Assembly: GCA_030586555.1 (NCBI GenBank)
Contig: JAURAC010000013.1
Span: 1 to 50,670, forward strand
DNA from: Candidatus Subterrananammoxibius californiae
GTDB taxonomy: Bacteria > Planctomycetota > Brocadiia > Brocadiales > Subterrananammoxibiaceae
Direction: 5' to 3'
DNA: 50,670 nt
The notes under the pieces were generated by a model. That model worked only from the letters and a program-made list of their open reading frames with translations, searched no databases and had not been told where the DNA came from. The position numbers and the translations under genes are program-made. This document shows, in pieces, positions 8,943-17,527 of this stretch (within the stretch, counting starts at the first letter, position 1; every line of letters starts with the position of its first letter).

Positions 8943-9665
8943 TTACTCCCCTATATAAGTTCCTATTCGTTCTCCTTTAATTGCACGTTCAATATTTCGT
9001 GGTCTTTTAAGATTAAAGACAATAATGGGAAGCTTGTGTTCCATGCACAGGGTAATTGCGGTCGTATCCATTATCTTAAGATTTTTACTTAACACGTCTA
9101 TATAAGAAAGTTCCTCATATTTCTTTGCTTCTGGATTGGTTAAGGGGTCTGCTGAATATACCCCATCCACCTTCGTTGCCTTAAGGAGCACATTTGCCCC
9201 AATCTCCATTGCTCTTAAAGCGGCAGCAGTATCAGTTGTGAAATATGGATTGCCAGTCCCCCCAGCCAGGATTACAATGCAGCCTTCTTTTAATCGTTCC
9301 ATGCAGACTTGCTGGGAATAGGGTTCAATAACCTCCTGAATACCGATAGCGCTCTGCACACATGCAGAAAGCCCCAAATCCTCTAAGGCGCCCTGCAGGA
9401 CAAGCGCATTAATGGTTGTAGCAATCATTCCGAGTTGGTCTGCACGAGTCCTGTCTACACCTGAAAGGTTTAACCTCGAGCCACGAAAGATATTTCCACC
9501 ACCTACCACGACAGCAATCTCAGCGCCTATCTTTGAGCCTCGCTCAATTTCACTTGCTATTGAATCAACGTCTTCCTTTTCTACGCCATGATTTTTTTCT
9601 GAACAGAACCCTTCACCGCTAATCTTTAGAAGTACTCTTGTGTACCGAGTTTTTCCTTTTACCAT
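8943..9665 (-). CDS. pyrH: UMP kinase
   Basis: RVLLKISGE, VVGGGNIFRG, GTGNPYFTTDTAAALRA. Confidence 0.97.
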   Translation of the reverse strand: MVKGKTRYTRVLLKISGEGFCSEKNHGVEKEDVDSIASEIERGSKIGAEIAVVVGGGNIFRGSRLNLSGVDRTRADQLGMIATTINALVLQGALEDLGLSACVQSAIGIQEVIEPYSQQVCMERLKEGCIVILAGGTGNPYFTTDTAAALRAMEIGANVLLKATKVDGVYSADPLTNPEAKKYEELSYIDVLSKNLKIMDTTAITLCMEHKLPIIVFNLKRPRNIERAIKGERIGTYIGE

Positions 9666-9728
9666 GACCTAATGCGGGCTTCAAAAGATTGTAAAAACCA
9701 AGTCCGATCCGCCTCAGGCGGATGGTTT

Positions 9729-10316
9729 TCACTCCCCAATCTCAAACCTTACAAATCGGTTTACCTTAATGTTCTCGCCTAAATTGGCAATCTTACCTGT
9801 AATCAAATCTCTAACGCTCTGGGAGTTGTCCTTTATAAACGGCTGCTCAAGTAGGCATTTTTCTTTAAAGAATTCCTCCATCTTGCCACTAATAATCTTC
9901 TCGGCTATATTGGCAGGCTTGTTACCAACCGATTGTTTGAAAACCTCTTTTTGCCTCTCGAGAGTCTCCTCAGGTATATCTTCCCGGCTTATTGAAATAG
10001 GATTGGTTGCAGCAACCTGCATACACAGGTCTTTAAGAAGTTGTTGAACCAATTCATTTCTGGCAACAAAATCGGTCTCACAGTTAATCTCCACCAGTGT
10101 GCCAATCTTTCCGTTTGAATGTATATAAGCCCCTATTCTGCCTTCGTTGGTACTGCGTGTAAGCTTTTTGGCAGCCTTTGCAAAGCCTTTCTTCTTTAAA
10201 ATATCAGTAGCTTTACCAAAATCTCCACAAGTTTCTTCAAGCGCTTGCTTGCATTCAAGCACCCCTGCGCCTGTCATTTCCCTTAGTTTCTTAACATCTG
10301 CCGCTTCAACTGCCAT
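9729..10316 (-). CDS. tsf: Elongation factor Ts (short ~195 aa form)
   Basis: VKKLREMTGAG..ECK.AL, EINCETDFVARN. Confidence 0.97.
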   Translation of the reverse strand: MAVEAADVKKLREMTGAGVLECKQALEETCGDFGKATDILKKKGFAKAAKKLTRSTNEGRIGAYIHSNGKIGTLVEINCETDFVARNELVQQLLKDLCMQVAATNPISISREDIPEETLERQKEVFKQSVGNKPANIAEKIISGKMEEFFKEKCLLEQPFIKDNSQSVRDLITGKIANLGENIKVNRFVRFEIGE

Positions 10317-10456
10317 TAAATACCTCCATAATAGAAATAGCTAAACAAAAAAATTAAAGTAGAAAGAATTCAGAATACAGGAGTCAGAATAAAGGAATCA
10401 GACCTCTGACTTCTGGAGTTGGAACGGCATTAGACAGGCTAACCGCTTGTATCAAC

Positions 10457-11215
10457 TTACAGAGATGTCTGTAATCCGGTTTTGGCTTGCGGTTCGATAA
10501 CTACTGGGGTCGTCTGTACGCCTGAGGCGGTTGCCATCTTTTTCCCTTCCAGGATGGCATCCGCAGCCTTGGTTAGAAAAATATCAATGGACCTTATAGC
10601 GTCGTCATTTCCTGGCACGCATACATCCACCAAATCCGGGTCGCAATCCGTATCAATAAGACCAATAACTGGTATGCCTAATTTATTTGCCTCCTTTACT
10701 GCGGTCAATTCTCGCTTGGCGTCTACCACAATAACAGCCCCGGGCAACGCATTCATATTTCTTATTCCATCGAGGTTTTCCTTAATCTTTTTCTTTTCCC
10801 TGTGCAGTGAAGAAATCATCTTTTTACTGTACTGATTTATAGAACCATCACTATCAATACTTTCGAGTTCTTTTAATCGTTCAAGCCTCTGACGGATAGT
10901 GCGAAAGTTTGTCAAAGTACCACCCAGCCATCTTTCATTAACATAATGCATATTACATCTTTGCGCTTCCCTGGCTACTATATTTCGTGCCTGCCACTTT
11001 GTTCCAACAAATAGAACATCTTTTCTACTACTTGTGAGCTTAAGAAGGAACTTATAAGCGATGATGAGTCCGCGAATAGTTTCTCTTAAGTTTATGATAT
11101 GGATTAGATTCCGCTTACCAAAAATGAAAGGCTTCATTTTGGGATTCCAGCGGCTTGTTCTGTGTCCGAATTGAAAACCAGCGCTTATTAATTCTTGAAC
11201 AGTTACTGTTGGCAA
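10457..11215 (-). CDS. rpsB: 30S ribosomal protein S2
   Basis: FGHRTSRWNPKM, RWLGGTLTNF, PGNDDAIRS; TTG start with an upstream GGAGG RBS. Confidence 0.97.
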   Translation of the reverse strand: MPTVTVQELISAGFQFGHRTSRWNPKMKPFIFGKRNLIHIINLRETIRGLIIAYKFLLKLTSSRKDVLFVGTKWQARNIVAREAQRCNMHYVNERWLGGTLTNFRTIRQRLERLKELESIDSDGSINQYSKKMISSLHREKKKIKENLDGIRNMNALPGAVIVVDAKRELTAVKEANKLGIPVIGLIDTDCDPDLVDVCVPGNDDAIRSIDIFLTKAADAILEGKKMATASGVQTTPVVIEPQAKTGLQTSL

Positions 11216-11291
11216 TTTTCCCTCCTATTAAAACGTCCCTCGTAAATATATCCGTCAATCTTTTCTGCTAATAGATATTTTAAAGCATTTT

Positions 11292-11319
11292 ATCATAACA
11301 AAAAACAGGCAAATGTCAA
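11292..11319 (-). promoter_or_regulatory. sigma70 promoter of the rpsB operon
   Basis: Reverse strand TTGACA-N16-TATGAT with TG extension. Confidence 0.55.
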
Positions 11320-11407
11320 CACAAAATCTCGCCAATTGTAAACGCAAATCAAAAATGTCAGTTTTTTGCTTACTTTGTTTTTCGGAAAAAAGTATGGGAT
11401 TTTTCGC

Positions 11408-11435
11408 TTGACAACCATACCAGTCAGTGTATAAT
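11408..11435 (+). promoter_or_regulatory. Consensus sigma70 promoter
   Basis: TTGACA-N16-TATAAT, divergent from rpsB. Confidence 0.7.
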
Positions 11436-11510
11436 TGCACTGCCAGTGAACCGGCTTGGTCAGAGCCTTTTAACACCTTAAACAATACTTAGATTGGGAG
11501 GATGTAGAAT

Positions 11511-12710
11511 ATGGAAAAAAGGAGAAATTATGTAGTAATACCTTTAGCGTTACTTTTCTTTGCCATACTTGGTTTAAATATATGGGTATTTAAAAGCACG
11601 GCACGCACAAATACAGTTATTGACAAGACCGTAATAGAACACACGCAATTAGAGTTCTTTGTCCCTGGTAAGAGGATACTTATGCAGGCAAGCATCCTCG
11701 ACCCTGCAGGTATAGCGGAGACACGACTTTATTTTGGCACATCAAAGGATTCAAAAAATCTCGTTTTCTCCAAGATGAAACTCCAAGGAGATAACAACTA
11801 TGTTGGGATTATTCCTGCCCCTTCATCTGAGACGGAAAATATCTTCTATTCTATCCTTGCCGTCAACCATAATGGCGATGTTGTAAAGACAGGGCTCTTT
11901 GAACTGCAGGCAAATAAGAATATCGGTTTCGTGCCTACATGGCAGGGAGATTTTGCTGAATACGGTGAGACCCTTACCCTTGGAAAGGAGGGTCTCCCCA
12001 CGGTCATTGCGAGCGAAGCGAAAGAATCTCACGGTTTAGAAGGCTTCTCTGACAGTATAGTTGTTAAAACCGTCAAACCCGATGAGCGATACTTTGCCGC
12101 AAAGAAGGTACAGAGGGTGGCGGGACTTTCCACTACCGATGGAGGAGAGGCTGAACCAGCACCGGGAGATGAGAAAAAAGGGTTGTCCAAGAATGAAAAG
12201 ATAGCTATTGGCGCTGGCGCAGCCGCATTAGCCATTGGCGGCGGCATAGCCGCAGCCTCAGGCGGTGGTGGTGGTGGCGGTGGTGGTGGCGGCACTACAA
12301 CAACTGTAACGGAAACAACAACTACGACGGAGGGACCAACTACCACGGAGACAACAACTACGACGGAGACAACGACAACCACCCTTCCTGAAGTTCCTAA
12401 CCCAGAGGTCGAGGATGGAGTTATCAATTTCACCCCCAATACAGGTCAGGTAGGGGACCCTGTTAGCGCATCCATATGCCTTAACGAAGCGCAGGGTTTG
12501 GGAAGCGGCTGGCACATCAGGGTCAATATTGATGGTGTAAATAAGGATTATGAAGTTTGTACTACATTAGATTCATGCGCACTTAACTGCAATTTGGGAC
12601 AGATATTCAAGTTCAGTGACACGAACCACAATGTAAGATTCAGGATCAATTGGGAAACTGGAGTTGATACGCTTTTTGAGGGACCATTGCCACTTGAATT
12701 TAATGACTGA
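11511..12710 (+). CDS. Exported or membrane-anchored hypothetical protein with poly-Gly and Thr-rich linker
   Basis: N-terminal hydrophobic signal or anchor, beta-rich domain, Ala/Gly hydrophobic stretch, long poly-Gly run, (ETTTT)n, small Cys-containing C-terminal domain; GGAGG RBS. Confidence 0.75.
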   Translation: MEKRRNYVVIPLALLFFAILGLNIWVFKSTARTNTVIDKTVIEHTQLEFFVPGKRILMQASILDPAGIAETRLYFGTSKDSKNLVFSKMKLQGDNNYVGIIPAPSSETENIFYSILAVNHNGDVVKTGLFELQANKNIGFVPTWQGDFAEYGETLTLGKEGLPTVIASEAKESHGLEGFSDSIVVKTVKPDERYFAAKKVQRVAGLSTTDGGEAEPAPGDEKKGLSKNEKIAIGAGAAALAIGGGIAAASGGGGGGGGGGGTTTTVTETTTTTEGPTTTETTTTTETTTTTLPEVPNPEVEDGVINFTPNTGQVGDPVSASICLNEAQGLGSGWHIRVNIDGVNKDYEVCTTLDSCALNCNLGQIFKFSDTNHNVRFRINWETGVDTLFEGPLPLEFND

Positions 12711-12715
12711 GCAAT

Positions 12716-12960
12716 TATAACCCCCCCCTTCCCCCCCCATTTCTCAAAGGGAAATAATGGGGGATTTGATAAAGGGGATTTTTGTAAGAGCAAAATTAAG
12801 AGTTAAAATCTTTTCATAGCAGGGGCAGACACTGAAATAAATTCAGTGCCTGCCCTGTCGTGCCTATTATGTAGTGCAACAAAGTTTCCATAAAATGAGA
12901 TTCTTCGCTATCGCTCAGAATAACGACAGTGTTGTCACCATGAGCGTAGCGAAGGGTCTG
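12716..12960. repeat. Cluster of three different palindromic repeat families
   Basis: CCCCCC..CCCCCATTT..AAAGGG..GGGGGATTT; CAGGGGCAG-[ACTGAAATAAATTCAGT]-CCTGCCCTG; GAGATTCTTCGCTATCGCTCAGAATAAC..GTCACCATGAGCGTAGCGAAGGGTCT. Confidence 0.7.
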
Positions 12961-13007
12961 CTTTTGCATTGACATGGTCAAAGCAGTCCAAAATGAGGTT
13001 TTAAAAG

Positions 13008-13331
13008 ATGTCTGCACAACGAGCATCGCCAGTAAGACACTGGAAACATCCGTATATTTCCATTAATCCAGCAGTATCAAAAGGCAGTCCCGTAATTTCA
13101 GGTACAAGAGTAAGGGTAATAGACATAGCAATAGAATACGATAGACTCGGGCTTACCCCTGACCAGATTATAGATGCCCATCCGCATTTAAACCTTGAAG
13201 CAGTGCACGACGCTCTTTCATATTACTATGAAAATAGAGATTCTATTGACGAGGAGATAAGAACAAAAAAGGAAATTATCGAAAAAATTGCAAAAAAGAG
13301 TTCGACAATTTTGAAGAAAGCCGTTGGCTAA
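13008..13331 (+). CDS. DUF433-family putative antitoxin
   Basis: KHPYI...G.PVISGTRVRV, PHL....VHDALSYYY. Confidence 0.88.
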   Translation: MSAQRASPVRHWKHPYISINPAVSKGSPVISGTRVRVIDIAIEYDRLGLTPDQIIDAHPHLNLEAVHDALSYYYENRDSIDEEIRTKKEIIEKIAKKSSTILKKAVG

Positions 13332-13653
13332 ACTTACATTTTATATAAACGAGAGCGTCAATGTTGCTGTTGGGGAAGGACTTAAAAGACGAGGGGTTAA
13401 AGTCATAACTGCAAGGGATGCTGGCAATCTGGGACTTTCAGACAAAGAGCAACTCAACTATGCAACAAGTAAGAACCTTGTTATTGTGACACACGATGAC
13501 GATTTTCTATCAATGGCAATGAACTTTGAACATAAAGGCATCGTATACGTTCATCAACAAACGTATAGTATAGGAGATTTAATAAGAAGGCTAAAATTAC
13601 TCTGGGATATTGCAGAACAAAAAGACCTTCTAAATCATGTGGAATTTTTGTAA
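13324..13653 (+). CDS. DUF5615-family PIN-like putative toxin
   Basis: FYINES, GLSDKEQL, IVTHDDDF, HKGIVY; overlaps the DUF433 stop. Confidence 0.85.
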   Translation: MAKLTFYINESVNVAVGEGLKRRGVKVITARDAGNLGLSDKEQLNYATSKNLVIVTHDDDFLSMAMNFEHKGIVYVHQQTYSIGDLIRRLKLLWDIAEQKDLLNHVEFL

Positions 13654-13765
13654 GCACGCGAGCCATTTTGATTTCTACCACCGCGATAACATTTACAAAA
13701 TATAATTATCAGGTCGGATCTAATTCCGAAACCAGGTTCAGGACCTGCCCTGTTTACAAAACCAA

Positions 13766-13870
13766 GGGTGGCATGGACAAGCTCTGCTTGTCCGTGCATC
13801 TCATTTTACTAAACCACGAACAAATAAATTTGTTCCGCCTGAGGCGGACCACCCGTTTTTGCATTGACAT
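13766..13870 (+). repeat. 105-bp direct repeat, copy 1 (REP doublet with nested palindrome and a -35 box)
   Basis: Matches 14485-14589 at 103 of 105 positions. Confidence 0.92.
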
Positions 13871-13898
13871 GGTCAATGTACTTTTAACGAGACTCGAT

Positions 13899-14126
13899 AT
13901 GTCCTTAACTAAGAAAAAACCGAAGCATGCCCTGAACGTGATTCACGGGACGGTTACTTTTCCTCTTACCGTTTTTGAAACGGCAGATACAAAAGAAGAC
14001 CTTGAAGACTGGCTCTTATCACAAAATCCTGAGTTTATAAAAAAAATGCGTAAAGCAAGACAGGAGGATATTCAGGGTAAAGGCAAGGATTGGGAATGTA
14101 TTAAGAAAGAACTATGTATAAAGTAA
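13899..14126 (+). CDS. Putative RelE-associated antitoxin
   Basis: ATG 13899; LEDWLLSQNPEFIKKMRKARQEDIQGKGKDWECIKKEL; overlaps the start of a RelE-like frame. Confidence 0.65.
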   Translation: MSLTKKKPKHALNVIHGTVTFPLTVFETADTKEDLEDWLLSQNPEFIKKMRKARQEDIQGKGKDWECIKKELCIK

Positions 14127-14391
14127 CATTCTTGTCCGATGCCGAAGTATCCTTTAAAAAACTGATAAACCCATACAAAAAAGAATTGCTGAAAAAATTG
14201 ACTGGCTTGCAGAGAACGCTGATAAATTAGTTCATCATCCTCTTACATCTTTACCGGACGACTTACGTGGATTGTACAGGAAGAGGGTTGGTGATTATCG
14301 CATACTTTATTGGGTTTACAATGAAGCAAAACACATAAAGGTTTATGACATTGAGCATAGAGGCAAGAATTACTACTCTATAAAAAGGTGA
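14114..14391 (+). pseudogene. RelE/ParE-family toxin with a 1-nt frameshift near 14163
   Basis: MYKVTFLSDAEVSFKKL, then in the shifted frame DKPIQKRIAEKIDWLAEN...LRGLYRKRVGDYRILYWV...IEHR. Confidence 0.85.
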
Positions 14392-14484
14392 CGTCTTTTT
14401 CGATGGAACGACGACATTAAAAACAAGCCGTTCTAACAGGGCAGGGGCAACAAAAATCTCTGTCCTGTTGCGCCTTATGGAGAG

Positions 14485-14589
14485 GGGTGGCATGGACAAG
14501 CTCTGCTTGTCCGTGCATCTCATTTTACTAAACCACGGACAAATAAATTTGTTCCGCCTGAGGCGGACCACCCGTTTTTGCATTAACAT
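14485..14589 (+). repeat. 105-bp direct repeat, copy 2
   Basis: Near identical to 13766-13870. Confidence 0.92.
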
Positions 14590-14634
14590 TGTTAAGATGG
14601 TACAATAAATTAAAGGGGTTTCACGGAAACATTT

Positions 14635-14829
14635 ATGAAATACAAAGTAAATCTAAAGAAAACAGATGAAGGTTATGCAGTCTGGGTTCCTGGACTACCA
14701 GGTTGTTGGTCTCAAGGACAAACGGAGGCAGAAGCTTTAGAAAATATTAAAGATGCTATAAAAGCGTACCTGGAGACTGTAGAAGAGTTAAGTAAAGATA
14801 AGGAATCTCGTTATGTAGAAGTTGGGTAA
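14635..14829 (+). CDS. hicB: HicB-family antitoxin
   Basis: GYAVWVPGLPGCWSQGQTEAEALENIKDAI. Confidence 0.9.
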   Translation: MKYKVNLKKTDEGYAVWVPGLPGCWSQGQTEAEALENIKDAIKAYLETVEELSKDKESRYVEVG

Positions 14830-14832
14830 ACT

Positions 14833-15045
14833 ATGCCTAAACTGCCGGGTGTAAATCACCAACGAGCCGTGAAGGCTTTTGAAAAGGTAGGTTTTTGGAT
14901 TGTAAGGCAAGGGAAACATATAACAATGACAAATGGAGAACGTATTATCATTATCCCAAGAGCAAATCCAATTAACGCTTTTACAATGGCAGGTATTGTA
15001 AAAGATGCAGGTCTTAGTATTGAAGAATTCAAGAAGCTTTTATAA
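14833..15045 (+). CDS. hicA: HicA-family toxin
   Basis: AFEKVGF..VRQGKHITM, IIP, GIVKDAGLS.EEF. Confidence 0.88.
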   Translation: MPKLPGVNHQRAVKAFEKVGFWIVRQGKHITMTNGERIIIIPRANPINAFTMAGIVKDAGLSIEEFKKLL

Positions 15046-15069
15046 GGATTGAAAATAAGCAAACAGACT

Positions 15070-15447
15070 ATGAAGGAATCTTTAAGATATTTACAAAATG
15101 CAAAGATGATACTTAGCCACGTCCCCATCGAGGACAATAATTTTGTAGACCTTAAACCTGTAAGAAAGGCGTTTGGCACTGCATATCTGGCCGTATTAGA
15201 GGCAATTAATGAATCATTAATAAAAAAAGGGCTTGGCAAAAAAGAATTGCCTAAATCTGTTGATGGGTATAGAATGGCATTACAGAAATATTTTGCTGTT
15301 CATAATGGTAAACTTTTAAGGGATTTCGAGCGCCTTTACGATACACTACACATCGCAGGATACTATAGGGGACTTATCGGCAATGCAACCTTAGTAAAAG
15401 ACGCCTTCAAGGCGGCAAGAGAATTTATCGAGAAGATAAAGTTGTAG
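15070..15447 (+). CDS. DUF5618-like (HEPN-like fold) small protein
   Basis: RYLQNAK.IL, K.VR.A.GTAYLAVLEA, LY..LHIAGYY.G; alternative TTG start at 15049. Confidence 0.6.
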   Translation: MKESLRYLQNAKMILSHVPIEDNNFVDLKPVRKAFGTAYLAVLEAINESLIKKGLGKKELPKSVDGYRMALQKYFAVHNGKLLRDFERLYDTLHIAGYYRGLIGNATLVKDAFKAAREFIEKIKL

Positions 15448-15502
15448 GGGTGAACCTGTGTGTTCGCCCAGATAATGGGCAGACACGCAGGTCTGCCCCT
15501 AC
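15444..15502. repeat. GTAG-type REP doublet
   Basis: GTAGGGGTGAACCTGTGTGTTCGCCC...GGGCAGACACGCAGGTCTGCCCCTAC; supplies the upstream gene's TAG. Confidence 0.8.
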
Positions 15503-15543
15503 GAGGACGCTACACGTCTCCCTATTTTGAAATTGGAAAGCCT

Positions 15544-16977
15544 ATGAGATTGATATATTACCCCCTCATATTCATAGCAGTCTTTCTACCCCTGATAGAA
15601 AAACCACGCCTTGCATTCCCTGAAGAGGAAGCAGTGAGACCAAAGATACATCTCAATCTTGAGCAGGCAGTTGACCTTGCCTTCAGGAATAACCGAACCC
15701 TTATGTTTTCCGGAGACTCAGTACAAATCTCACAATATGGTCTCGAAAGCGCAAAATCGGAGTTTGAAATACAGCCAGTACCGACAGGAGGAATAGCCTA
15801 CGATTCCGAGGCTGGCGGCTTGCAGCAAAACTATGGCATGGATGTCACCAAAAAACTAAAGGAGGGTACAATAGTTGGAACAGGTTTAACCACCAGCATC
15901 TCTTCAACCCAGAAAGCAAGTGACCTAAATTTTTCCATTACTCAGCCGCTTCTAAGGGGCTTTGGACGGTCAATTGTTACCAATTCACTTGTTGACGCTG
16001 AGAGAAGCACCGTAACAACACAGCGCTTCTACGAACTGACAAAGGAAGGACTGGCTGTGGACGTTATAAGGCAGTATTACGAAATTATTAAACAACAAAA
16101 GATTTTTGAGATAAATGAGACGGCGCTGAAACGGGAAAAGATAGTGCTGGAATCGGCAAAGGCACGGCTTGCGGTGGGATTGGCATCGAGGCTCGACGTA
16201 TCGAGGGCTGAGATACAGGTACAGCAGGCAGAAGAAAGCCTTATTAACGCAAAACAAAATCTCGGCAATGTCCAGGATAGTTTCAAGGTCCTTCTTAACC
16301 TTCCTGTTAATGCAGATTTGGAGCTTGTTCCCGAAATTGATTATCCACCCCTCGGAGTAGTTGAATCCGAGGCAATAGCTACGTCTATGAACTACAGGCT
16401 TGATTTAATCGAGGCGTCAGACCAAATCTGGGATACAAAGCGTGACTTGAAGGTAGCCAAGAATAATATATTGCCCGGTCTCGACCTCGTTTTAGGCTAC
16501 ACACTTTCAGGCGCTGGGGATACCGTTGGCAGCAGTTTTGATCTTAAAGACTCTGGCATTCTGATTGGCTTTCAAACCTCCGCAACAAACTTGAACAGGA
16601 AGCGTGAACGTGCGTCATATAAAACAGCTCAGATTAATGTAGTTTCCAGACAACGTGCTTACAACCTCCTTGTAGATACAATCATACGGGAAGTCAGGGA
16701 TGGTATCAGGACACTGGAGAACCGATATAAAAATATTCCAATACAAAAGAAAGCCTTAGATGAGGCGAAAAGTGGGTTAGACGTTGCTAATGAACGTTAT
16801 AAACGAAACCTTGCGGATAACTTCGATATCGTTAATGCAGAAACGAGTCTATTAAGGGCAGAGGTGGGGCATATAACGGCTATAACGGATTATATTGTTG
16901 AACATGTAAGATTCAGAAAGACCGTAGGCACACTTACAGAAAAGCCAGAAATACTTTTAAGACGACACGAATTGTAG
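15544..16977 (+). CDS. TolC-family outer membrane efflux protein
   Basis: Signal-like N-terminus from ATG 15544, LEQAVDLAFRNN, TQPLLRGFG, ARLAVGLASRLDV, ERYKR. Confidence 0.88.
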   Translation: MRLIYYPLIFIAVFLPLIEKPRLAFPEEEAVRPKIHLNLEQAVDLAFRNNRTLMFSGDSVQISQYGLESAKSEFEIQPVPTGGIAYDSEAGGLQQNYGMDVTKKLKEGTIVGTGLTTSISSTQKASDLNFSITQPLLRGFGRSIVTNSLVDAERSTVTTQRFYELTKEGLAVDVIRQYYEIIKQQKIFEINETALKREKIVLESAKARLAVGLASRLDVSRAEIQVQQAEESLINAKQNLGNVQDSFKVLLNLPVNADLELVPEIDYPPLGVVESEAIATSMNYRLDLIEASDQIWDTKRDLKVAKNNILPGLDLVLGYTLSGAGDTVGSSFDLKDSGILIGFQTSATNLNRKRERASYKTAQINVVSRQRAYNLLVDTIIREVRDGIRTLENRYKNIPIQKKALDEAKSGLDVANERYKRNLADNFDIVNAETSLLRAEVGHITAITDYIVEHVRFRKTVGTLTEKPEILLRRHEL

Positions 16978-17008
16978 GGATGTTCATATTTAGAGCGTGA
17001 GGTGAAAA

Positions 17009-17188
17009 ATGTCACTTGCATTAGAAGAAATAAAAAAAGCAATCACGAAACTACCGAAGGATGAATTAATTAATCTTGATAAAGAGATACATAAGTATAT
17101 AGAAACCTTAATGATGATGGGAGGGGCTGAAACAGCATTTTCAGAGTGGATGGACCCTGAGGAAGATATCTATAGCGAAAGTGTATAG
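17009..17188 (+). CDS. Small putative antitoxin (59 aa) of the PemK/MazF module
   Basis: Not in ORF track: MSLALEEIKKAITKLPKDEL...AFSEWMDPEEDIYSESV; GAGGTG RBS; overlaps the toxin start. Confidence 0.65.
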   Translation: MSLALEEIKKAITKLPKDELINLDKEIHKYIETLMMMGGAETAFSEWMDPEEDIYSESV

Positions 17189-17516
17189 AAGTGGTGATAT
17201 AATATTGATAAATTTCCCCTTCACTAATCTTATTGGCTCAAAAGTAAGGCCTGCATTAGTCATTGTAGAGAAGAAAGAGGACATAATTGTTATTGGAGTC
17301 TTTTCAAAAGTTCCTGGTGTTATAGAAGATTCATGGTTTCTTTTAGAAGAAGATATAAAGGGGTTTAACCAGACAGGATTAAAGAAAAGGTCTGTAATAA
17401 AAACAGAAAAGATAGCCGTAATTCACAATTCTATCGTGAAGAAGAAACTTGGGAATTTACCTGATAATATCTTTGTCGCAGTTAAAGAAAAACTAAGGAA
17501 GACATTAAATTTGTAA
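17181..17516 (+). CDS. PemK/MazF-family endoribonuclease toxin
   Basis: GDIILINFPFTN...KVRPALVI, GL...SVIKTEKI, KKLG.L. Confidence 0.87.
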   Translation: MYRSGDIILINFPFTNLIGSKVRPALVIVEKKEDIIVIGVFSKVPGVIEDSWFLLEEDIKGFNQTGLKKRSVIKTEKIAVIHNSIVKKKLGNLPDNIFVAVKEKLRKTLNL

Positions 17517-17527
17517 AAAGAGTTACA

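Noticed and set aside
13668..13898. N-terminal extensions in the ORF track (13668, 15460, 28053, 44651)
   Set aside because: The extensions translate intergenic repeats; downstream ATGs match the expected family N-termini.
14150..14170. Programmed -1 frameshift in relE
   Set aside because: TTT AAA AAA CTG is not an in-frame X XXY YYZ slippery heptamer; a single-base loss or sequencing error is simpler.
12716..15502. CRISPR array or classical integron
   Set aside because: No regularly spaced identical repeats with unique spacers, no cas genes, no tyrosine integrase and no canonical RYYYAAC...GTTRRRY attC sites.
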